Assembly (NCBI GenBank): GCA_964016885.1
Contig: OZ024742.1
Span: 254,448,001 to 254,512,000 of the forward strand
Reading direction: 5' to 3'
Length of the DNA stretch: 64,000 nucleotides
From: Eledone cirrhosa
Taxonomy: Eukaryota
The translations under genes and the position numbers were made by a program. Under the pieces are notes generated by a model, which ran no database searches, had not been told where the DNA came from, and saw only the letters and a list, made by a program, of their open reading frames with translations. Of this stretch, positions 49,413-60,066 are shown piece by piece (position 1 is the stretch's first letter; each line of letters starts with the position of its first letter).

Positions 49413-52400
49413 TCATCATCATCATCATCATCAACGTTTAACGTCCGTGTTCCACGCTTGCATGGGTTTGGACGGGGGTAGTCCCACTTGAGGCAAGAGT
49501 GATTGTCTTGCTCGCATAGGACTGTCTGGCAGGTTTTCTACAGTTGGATGCCCTTCCTAACACCAACCACATTTACAGTGTGGGTCTGGGAGGTTTTTAC
49601 CGTGTTGCCTACACGGCCACATTACAGCGTGGACTGTGTGTTTTTTTGTTGTGACACCTACACGATCTCATTTGTTTCGGCCTGGATGGCGCGGCACCAA
49701 CATAACTTTACATAGAACGGGGTGGTGTGGATGGGGTGGGGGTGGTGGTGGTGGGACGGGGTGTATTTTGTTAGAGATGCCTACTGGCTGGAGTAGGTTT
49801 TACTATATATTTAGGTAAGGCGGGTCTTCTCTGTTACTGAGTACTGCCAAAGGTCTCGGTCCAGTGACATTGTCTTGGAGAGGTGTAAGTGTGTGATATC
49901 GGAGTTTATCAGCTCGTCCCAGGTTTTTCTAGGTCTGCCTATTCCGTGACTACCGTCTATCTTTATTGCCCTGCACTTTGTTATACAGCTATCGACTTTC
50001 ATGCGCATCACGTGTCCATACCAACGTAGCCTTCTCTCGAGTAAACAACATCTGATCCCTCTTATCTCTAATTTTTTCCTTAGTTCGTTTATGCTTTGCC
50101 GTTCACGTATATTACTGTTACACATCCAGCGGAGCATGCAAGCTTCGTTCCTCTCTAGTCTGCGTATATCCTCTGCACACAATGCCCAGGTCTCACTGCC
50201 ATGCAGCATTGCTGTTCGTATGCAGGCATCGTACAACCTGCCTTTCATTTTTAGTGAGAACCCTTTAGCAGCTAATAGTGGTATAAGCTCTCTGAACTTT
50301 TTCCAACCAGTTCTGACTCTAGCTACAGTACTTTCAGAGCACCCTCCCCCACTGCTGATTTTATCGCCCAGGTAACGGAAGCTGTCCACTATTTCTATAG
50401 AATCCTCTGCGCAATTGAAAGAGCTAGTATTTTTTGGGCACTTGCTGCTACTTATTGCACCAGAGCACCGGCCACATGTAAAATCTATGTTCTTAGTTAG
50501 CTTACCTGTGATCCCACTACATCTTTTATGCACCCATACTTTGCATTTAGGACATAAAATGGAGTTTCTACCTACGCCTTTCCTACACACCGAGCACGAC
50601 CATTTCCCAGAAGGGACCGCCGCCTTGTTTTCTTTCCTACAAACTAGTACTTTGGTCTTAGCCAGGTTAATTTTAAGTCCTTTTGACTCTAGGCCATGCT
50701 TCCATGTTTGGAATTTCTTCTCTAGCTCGGCCATTGATTCCGCTATGAGTGTCAGGTCGTCTGCGTATAGGAGTTCCCATGGGCAGCCTATCTTGAACTC
50801 CTCTGTTATAGCCTGAAGGGCAATAATAAATAGTAGTGGGCTGAGAACAGAGCCCTGATGGACGCCAACTTTTACGCTAAACTCTTCACTATATTCGTTG
50901 TTAATTCTAACCTTGCTGACTGTTTCTTTATACATGGCTTGTATAGCCCTCACAAGCCATTCGTCAACGCCTAGTTTTCTAAGAGCCCACCAGATAATGG
51001 AGCGGGGGACTCTGTCGAAGGCTTTCTCCAAGTCGACAAAAGCTAAGTAGAGGGGTTTACCTTTAGCTAGGTACTTCTCCTGTAGTTGTCGTACTATGAA
51101 AAGAGCGTCTGTGGTACTTTTGCCTGACACAAACCCGAACTGCATTTCATCTAGGTCAATTCTCTCTCTGATTAGTTGCGCTATTACTTTTTCCGTGACC
51201 TTCATGACCTGGTCGATTAATTTAATGCCTCTATAGTTACTCCTATCTAGGGCGTCTCCTTTACCCTTATAACAGTTAACGATGATGCTGCTATGCCAGT
51301 CCTTCGGAACAACCCCATTCTGTACGACTTGGTTAACTATGCGGGTGACCATGGTGTGTCCCACCGTGCCAGATGCCTTCAGCATCTCAGCAACTATTTC
51401 CGAAGGCCCAGCCACCTTACCCGTCTTCATATCCTTGATTGCCTTACTTATTATACTCCCCTCGACTAACACTGCTGGTCCCTCTATTGGGTCGATATGG
51501 GGGAGACTGTCTTTCTCCCATTTATTCTCCTCATTTAGTAGCCTTTCATAGTGACACTTCCAAGCTACCTTCTTATCAGCGTCGGTGATGGCAAGTGTGC
51601 CATCGTCGTTTAGTACACACTTCTCCCCGACAATATCACGGTTTTCCTTGACGCATTGCCTAGCAATCCTGAACACCTCACGTTTTTGGTCATCGCGTTG
51701 TAGAACATGCTTGAACTTTCTTTCCTCAGCTTCCCTTCTTGCTAAGTACACTTGTCTCCTAGCTTCCCTCCTGGCCACTTGATAGTCTTCTCTACTTCCC
51801 CCATCCCGCCATACTTTCCAAGCCTGCTTTTTGGCCTTAATTGACCCCTCCACCTTACTGTTCCACCACCATGTTACTCTCCTCCTGCCTACAGGCCTGC
51901 TCCAGCCACAGACTTCGTCTGTCGCCAACAGCAGGTTTGCTTTCAGAAATTCCCACTCTCCCTCTATATTGTCCGACTCTAAATGTTCTTCCTTACTGTC
52001 GAAAGCATCAAGTAATATGCTTTGAAATTTATTCCTGGCTGTGGGGTCCTTTAGCTTCCATATTTTTCTCCTGAGGATAGTCCTCTTCTGCTGTCGAGTA
52101 CGTCTCGTCCTGACTATGAGGTCGCTAATTATCAGTCTATGTTGGGAGGTGCATTCTTCATGGGGGAGGGATTTAGTGTTTACAACAGACACTCTGTCAC
52201 GTCTTCAGGTAAGGATATAATCTACCTGGCTTGTGTGTTCCCCGGATCTATAGGTGATCAGGTGATTGTCACGTTTTTTGAAGTTAGTGTTACAGATAGT
52301 TAGGTTATTTGCATCACAGAATTCCAGGATTCTGGAGCCTTCCTCATTTCTAGTACCAAACCCATAGCCTCCATGGATTTCGTCGTAGCCGTCACAATGT

Positions 52401-52687
52401 TGTCCAACGTGACCATTTAGGTCGCCTGCGATAATTATATAGTCACTGTCGGATATTTGGGAGGTAGTTAGCATCAGTGTCTCATAGAATCTGTCTTTTA
52501 TAGTGCCGGGCAGTCCGGATTGGGGTGCGTACGCAGATATTACTGTCACCGTAGTTCTATTGAGGACAAGTCGTATTTTAATTATTCTGTTGTTCACTCT
52601 ATTTACGTCTATTATCTTATCTGCCCACTTTTCTGCTACCATGATTCCTACTCCACCCAGCCCATCGTCGTTTCCCACCCAGAAAAG

Positions 52688-52692
<5 letters not shown>
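49409..52692 (-). mobile_element. RTE LINE, family A, near-identical 5'-truncated copy
   Basis: ORFs 52205-52732 and 49811-52192 are collinear with the 1076-aa ORF, split by one AGA>TGA nonsense change at 52205-52207. Both ends lie in (TA)n. Confidence 0.97.
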
Positions 52693-52731
<39 letters not shown>

Positions 52732-53117
52732 TATATAAGTATAAATATGGTACCAGTAAAAAATAAGAAAAACTAGGCAGGAAAATGTGGACAGGTGGAA
52801 AAATTTAACATGGGTGTCTGTACAATTACATAACAGTCTACATCTGCTTACTACATTATACAATATTCATTTGTATGCATTACATGTCTGTGATTGCTCT
52901 TTATCAGAAAGAAAAAAGAAAAAGATTTTAACAGGGAAGAAAAAAGATTTGTTATATTCCTAGTTGTGGTTGCCACATTTCTGCAATAAGCATTATTTAC
53001 AACTGACAAAGCTAATGTAAAAACATTGGTGTATAGAGAAATTCAGAATCAAAATATAATATACAAATAACAAAATTGTGAACAAAAAATAATCAATAAT
53101 GAATAAGTAGATGAATA

Positions 53118-53148
<31 letters not shown>

Positions 53149-53152
<4 letters not shown>

Positions 53153-53595
53153 TCATCATCATCATCATCATCATCCACGTTTTACGTCCGTTCTTTCATG
53201 CTAGCATGGGTTAGACGGGTTGTCCTGTTGTCAGCAGTGTCGAGTCGGTTGACCTTGTCTTGCCCATACAGGAACTGATTCTGGCTTGATTTCTACAGCT
53301 GGATGCCCTTTCTAACACCAACCTCATTTACAGTGAGTGCTGGGTGCTTTTTTTTCCGTGGCGCCTACACCTTCACTTTGCAGTGTGGGCTGGGTGCTCT
53401 TTTGCCGTGGCACCTCCACGACCACTTTGCAGGGGGGAGGGAGGCATATTGTCTATATGCTTCAGCTTCGGCTTGTTCCTGTGGGGGGTAGGGTCTTCTG
53501 TATTACTGCGTGATGCCAGAGGTCACGGTCGTGTGTCATTACCCTTGAGAGGTGCAATTTGGTAAAGTCGGCCTTTATCACCTCTTCCCACTTCT

Positions 53596-53597
<2 letters not shown>
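53149..53597 (-). mobile_element. RTE LINE, family B, 3' fragment
   Basis: Reverse complement of 5900-6338. Confidence 0.9.
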
Positions 53598-53646
<49 letters not shown>

Positions 53647-53694
53647 ATATATACACACACACATATATACATATATATATATATACTCACACAT

Positions 53695-53743
<49 letters not shown>

Positions 53744-53767
53744 TAGAGAGAGAGAGGTAGATAGATA

Positions 53768-54410
53768 GAAGAATAATGTTGATCAATATACAAAATATTG
53801 ATCATATTGTCTGGCAATCACTCGATGACAACACAGTTGTAAAAAGAAGTAGCTAGAGTGTAGACATCAATTAATATTACCTAGACAAAATGTACCCAAG
53901 ACTATGCATAGATATATAGATATAAAGTGAAAAAGTAAGCAATGAACGTACATGAAATGGTAAAAATCCATTCCTAAGGCCTACACAGCTCTTTCAATTT
54001 GAAAAGAAATTATGCCGATTACATTATTAATAAAAGTCATCATTAAGATATTAGACTCATCTTCAATAGGCAACATTATATTATATACACATAGCTACTT
54101 CCGTCAGTTATGCAATCAATTCACAAACTGTGAAATCACGTGTATACTGATAAGGGCTAGCCAACAGGAACACTGAAAATAGCTCCCCGTTAGGTCCATA
54201 AATCAGCTCAACAAAAGTGATAAATGTTAGAATCATAGATACAAGAATAATTTTGATCAATACACACAATATCGATCATATTGTTTGGCAATAGCTTGAT
54301 GACAAAGCAGTTGCGACAGCATTTGGTATTACCTAGATAAAATGTATCCAAGACCATACATTGATATATAGATATAAAGGCACAAGAAAAGCATGAGTGT
54401 AAGCAATGAA
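53768..54410 (-). mobile_element. Probable Penelope-derived remnant with direct repeats and a decayed hammerhead
   Basis: Imperfect direct repeats at about 53768-53947 and 54243-54410. Between them on the minus strand: CCUA-UUGAAGA...GAAA-GAGCUG-UG-UAGG (53980-54070). Confidence 0.5.
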
Positions 54411-54428
54411 CTTATATATATATATATT

Positions 54429-54470
<42 letters not shown>

Positions 54471-55243
54471 CAACCCCTTCACCTTATTATGCAATTTTGT
54501 TGTATAGCTCTAGCTTAAAAGTCAAAACCACTTATCCTATCCTACAATACTTCAAGCATATTACAGCACTACGTCACATACATGCGCACACACGCACGCA
54601 CACACACAAACATTTATATATATGGATATATATATAGAGAGAGAGAAATATATATAACTTGTCCAACATTTGCTAGCAGGGAAAGTGATAAATATATAAA
54701 TTTATAGTGAGAAACATGTTGCCAAAATATCTGATTATAAGAAGTATAAAAAAACAACAAAAAAAAAACAAGTAAAATTACAACAAAAGCCATGCTGAAT
54801 ACTGTACCTGAAGGTCCTGGATTTAGAAAATGAAACTGACCAAACTACAGAATATGCAGCTACCTATTAGAATGTCCTGAATTTCACTTCAAAGACAAAC
54901 TTATTTTCAAAAATAAAAATAGCTTTTTATATCTATCATATAATTTCATATATTTGAAAATATTTGCATTTTAAATACCAAAATTTACTGTAATTATAGC
55001 TCATTATTGTAAATAATAGTTTTGATAATTAGGTAAAGTACCCATAGAGATTGAAATAGCAGACAGAAGTGTCATTATAATATGTAAAGTTTACCATGAA
55101 CACTACATTTATAGAAGAAGAAAAAAGCATGGCAATCTAACAAAGCCTGAAAGTCATCATCAACTAATTAATGAACTGTACACTGCAATATATCAGTTAA
55201 GAAATGCATTTTATAACCAAAAACAAACGGAAATGAAACTCTG

Positions 55244-55758
<515 letters not shown>

Positions 55759-55827
55759 GAGTTATAAACTCAAATAGTCTTTTACAATTAAATTATATTG
55801 TATTATTAAACTGTATTATTTTAATTA

Positions 55828-56012
55828 CGGTGGATTGGCAGTATCGGTAGAGAGTCGGAGGCCATGCTTTCCAGCATAGTTACGTCCCTTTGCGGTCTGA
55901 GTTCAAATCCCGCCGAGGTTAACTTTGCCTTTCATCCTTACGGGGTCGATAAAATAAAGTACCAGTAATGTACTGAGTAATTGCTGGCCTTGTGCCAAAA
56001 GTAGAAACAATT
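55828..56012 (+). mobile_element. SINE family 1 copy with target-site duplication
   Basis: A and B boxes plus core. ATTATTTTAATTA duplicated at 55815-55827 and 56010-56022. Confidence 0.9.
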
Positions 56013-56125
56013 ATTTTAATTAGTATTTTTCAATCTAGCTAACTTGGTCATTTGCAATACAAACACTTATATACTTGTATTAGTGTTTATCCCTATCATA
56101 TATTCATTTGTATATATATATATAT

Positions 56126-56450
56126 ATATAAGTTAAAACAATGAAATAAAAAATCAAGTCATTAGAGATATACTTCACTGCTTTACGATCGTTTCTAGAT
56201 GGTGATAATACATTGTATCTATACTCAGTTATTGATCTATGTAAGTTTACAAACTATCAGATAGATTGGTTTGAAAACAGCTGGTGATATGCATGTAAGT
56301 AAATATTCTCTCTATCTGATAGTTTGTAAACTTACATAGATCAATAACTGAGTATAGATACAATGTATTATCACCATCTAGAAACGATCGTAAAGCAGTG
56401 AAGTATATCTCTAATGACTTGAATTTTTATTTCATTGTTTTAACTTATAT
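56126..56450. repeat. Fold-back palindrome, 140-bp arms, 45-nt spacer
   Basis: 56126-56265 is the reverse complement of 56311-56450 with one visible mismatch. Confidence 0.97.
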
Positions 56451-56573
56451 CATGACTCTGTTTTCCTTTTAATGTTTTATTGTTTTCTGAGATTTATCTT
56501 AACCTACAACATTTTCAACATATGAATTACATTGAGTTCATACAGAATAGACCCCACAACTTACAGTGGATAC

Positions 56574-56617
<44 letters not shown>

Positions 56618-56657
56618 ATGATATTAAATAAATGGAAACTATATTTATAAAACCATA

Positions 56658-56722
56658 TGTATTCTGTTATATATATTTCAAGGGTACCAAAACTTTGGTA
56701 CGCTATCATCAGATAAAATACA
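56658..56722 (-). ncRNA. Minimal type I hammerhead ribozyme motif
   Basis: UGUAUUUUAU-CUGAUGA-U-AGCGUACCAAA...UUUGGUACCCU-U-GAAA-UAUAUA-UA-ACAGAAUACA. Confidence 0.7.
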
Positions 56723-56845
56723 AAGTTTGTTTCATAAATATTGACATATCCAGGAAGAAGATCTTCAGAAATCTTGTCGAGTGCTTCGAATCAGTTATAA
56801 ACATATATATTTGTTGAATTACCAACAAATTAAATATCCCTTTTG

Positions 56846-56899
<54 letters not shown>

Positions 56900-56977
56900 G
56901 AAGGTGAGTAATATTGTAGAACAATGAGACTATGCATATATCAGATAAGTAGCACTCAACTGTTGGTAGAACTGGAG

Positions 56978-57325
56978 TATATATAATAAAGAAGAAATTA
57001 AAAGATGGTTAAAAGGGTTCCATATATTTTATTATGCGCATTTTGAATACAAAATCATCCTGGGACAAAAATTGTGTTCTCATCAGATAAAATAAGGTAA
57101 CATGATATGAGGCATAATAGCACTTGTTTACAGGAAAGTGCTAAGTCTACATATCGACTTAGCATTTTCCTGTAAACAAGTGTTATTATGCCTCATATCA
57201 TGTTACCTTATTTTATCTGATGAGAACACAATTTTTGTCTCAGGATGATTTTGTATTCGAAATATGCATAATAAAATATATGGAACTCTTTTAACCATCT
57301 TTTTATTTCTTCTTTATTATATATA
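56978..57325. repeat. Fold-back palindrome, about 170-bp arms, 8-nt loop
   Basis: Symmetric about CTAAGTC-TACATATC-GACTTAG (57141-57162), with a few mostly transition mismatches. Confidence 0.97.
57209..57278 (+). ncRNA. Minimal type I hammerhead ribozyme motif in the right palindrome arm
   Basis: UAUUUUAU-CUGAUGA-GAACACAA...UUGUAUUC-GAAA-UAUGCA-UA-AUAAAAUA: perfect 8-bp stem I, 7/8-bp stem II, predicted cleavage after 57270. Confidence 0.8.
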
Positions 57326-58214
57326 TATATAAATGGTAAACAGAAATAACAACACAATTAATATATATATATATACATATATATAGGCAAAATAGAAAGA
57401 AATGCTAAGAATCATGATAAACATGAATATTAAAAGCATGAGAGAACAAGTACACATATCAATATTTAACACATAATTCTGAGAAAAGAAAATTCCAGTC
57501 ACCCAAATATTTCACAAATTCCAATTCCAACTTCATTGTTTCAGCCATTAGCCCAGGCATCACCATCCACAATGCAGAGAAGCAGGGTATAACTAAATAC
57601 TGGGCTTTGACTAAACATTTCCTTTTCTGTCCTGGTTGCCAATTTACTTTGTTGCTAGACTGATAGTTTGCTCCACAAATATGGGAGGTGGACATCCTGT
57701 GTTAGGAAAAAACTCCATGAATGGGTATTGCTAACCGTTTTCTTTGACAATGTTTTTGCCCTCTTGTCCACGAGGCACAGCTGAATCACCTCTCAGCAAA
57801 TGGTGGAGAGTTTGCCCTGGCCCGTCTCCATTTCTCCCCCTCCTCTTTTAAAACTATTATATTTAGCAGCATAGGGTTATGGCCTTTTACGTTCTGAGTT
57901 CAAATCCCGCTGACGTTAGCTTTGCATCCTTACAGGGTCGATAAAATAAAGTACTAGTAATGACTGGGTCATTTTAATCGACTATCCCCTCCCCAAAATT
58001 GTTGGCCTTGTGCCTAAATCAGAAAACATTATATTTACTTCTGCTACATATTTGTCCTTTTTTCTTTCTTCCTGTTCATAATTATATACAACTAAATAGG
58101 AAATTTTAATTTACAGGTGAAATAAATTTAACAACACCTAATTTACAGAACACATTAGACACAAAATTACAAGATTGGAAAAAATCTTTCAGAATATTCA
58201 ATGAACATTGCAAG

Positions 58215-58572
58215 TATTTTCAAAGTACAAATTTCTACAAAGGAAATTAACTTCAACCTGTTGGCAAAATAAAGTTCTATTGTGTGTCTATTTTGAATTC
58301 ACCATTTTGAAATCAGTTCGTTTAACGAATTCAATAAATTAGATGAAGATGTCATATAATGAAATTCTAAGTACACAAAGACTATTCAAAGTATGTTCAA
58401 AGTATGTTCAAAGTACACATTTTTTCCACAAAAAAAATTTTATTCAACCTGTTGGCAAAATAAAGTTCTTTAACAGTTGTCTATTTTGAGTTCAACATCT
58501 TGAAACCAGTTCATTTAATGAATTCAATAAATTAGATGATGTCAAATCAAGAATTTTTCAGAAGTACACAGA
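58215..58572. repeat. About 191-bp imperfect tandem duplication
   Basis: TTCAACCTGTTGGCAAAATAAAGTTCT...GAATTCAATAAATTAGATGA at 58252 and 58443. Confidence 0.85.
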
Positions 58573-59744
58573 TTGCATCCGGATTTATTTATTACTTCTT
58601 ACTATATAGTTATAAGCTGTAATCTTACACATTCTTCCTCTTTTTCCTCTTTACCTACTAACCCTGGTCTTATATACTTGCCTTCTTCATTCTTCCCACT
58701 TTCTCATGTCTTCATCCTCTTTTATATATTTTATTATTTTAATATTTTCACATATTTTCATAAACTTACATTTGTTATATATTTTCCTAAAATCTATAAA
58801 TATATCTTATATACTTGTAAACCAAATTACTCTATCTACACACGTGTATATGTTGTAAAGTAACCTTTGTAGACTTATGTTCATAGCTTCAAGCTATCTC
58901 TAATCTTTATTTCGTTTTGTCTTCCTTCCTTTTTAAATGCTTTTTTTATTATTTCTCTTTTTTTCTTCTGTATTCTATTTTATTCTTTCTCTTTTGTCTT
59001 ATTTCTCTGTCACTTTTTGACTTTTTGCCATTTCCTCCTTACGAACACTTTTAACAATTATTCAGTATTTTTTCTATATTTCTATTCCTGTATTCCTGCC
59101 ATAATTGCATTGTCAATTGTCGATTTTTAACATTTGAAATTGTTAATCATTTGCATGTTAGAATCTTAATGTTTATGGGCCTCACTTTAAACAAATTCAT
59201 TGTCTCGTTGTAGGAATGGTTGGTGGTCTATTTTCAGGGAATCTGTATGGGCTTGGCATGTGATGTTAGGATCGCTTGGATATGAGAATTGTTTAGGGAA
59301 GGTTTTGTAAGAATGTTGTGTGCTATCACCTGCATAAGTGTAGCCATTGTTGAACACGTTGGAGCTCACCAAGGTCTAATGGACATTCTCCAACAAATAT
59401 CTATATATGCACATATGTATCAGCATCATTATCATTGACATTATATATACATTTTTCCATCCTATCATGGTATGGTCAGTTCTTCTCCTGTAGAGCTGCC
59501 TTCCATTTGTTGCATTCTTTCATCATCTTCTCTGTGAGGTTCAGTGCTTTCAAATAGATTTCATATAGGAAACCACATTAGAGGAGCTCAGCTAAGCCTG
59601 TATAGGTGTGATCTGTAACAACAACAATACTGGGGCTCCTATCATTAAAACACCAAGAAACCTCCAATGAGACACAACCTCTTAGAAAACCAGTTAAACC
59701 TGCATAAGTTTGAGTTGTCAATTTAATTTCTGTTTTTGTTTCTC

Positions 59745-60066
59745 AGACCGGGTGATGTGTTGTTTCCTTGAGCAAGACACTTTATTTCACATTGCTCCAG
59801 TTTACTCAGCTGTAGAAATGAGATGATAGAGACTGAGGTACATATCATTCCACTGCAAAGTGGTCGTAGGGGTGCCACGGCAAAAAATCACCCATCCCAC
59901 ACTGTAAAATGGTCGTGGACGTGCCACGGCAAAAAGGCACCCAGCACTCACTGTAAATCAGGTTGGTGTTAGGAAGGGCATCCAGCTGTAGAAATCAAGC
60001 CAGAATCAGTTCCCATCCCACCCTTGCAAGCAGGGAAAAGCAGACGTAAAATGATGATGATGATGA
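59745..60066 (+). mobile_element. CORE-SINE (family 2), 5'-truncated
   Basis: CORE block, two about 49-bp units, GGTGTTAGGAAGGGCATCC and (GAT)n tail. Matches 32115-32435. Confidence 0.88.

Noticed and set aside
59060-59390. Possible GIY-YIG remnant (GYTYAGDS)
   Set aside because: Too degenerate to assign.
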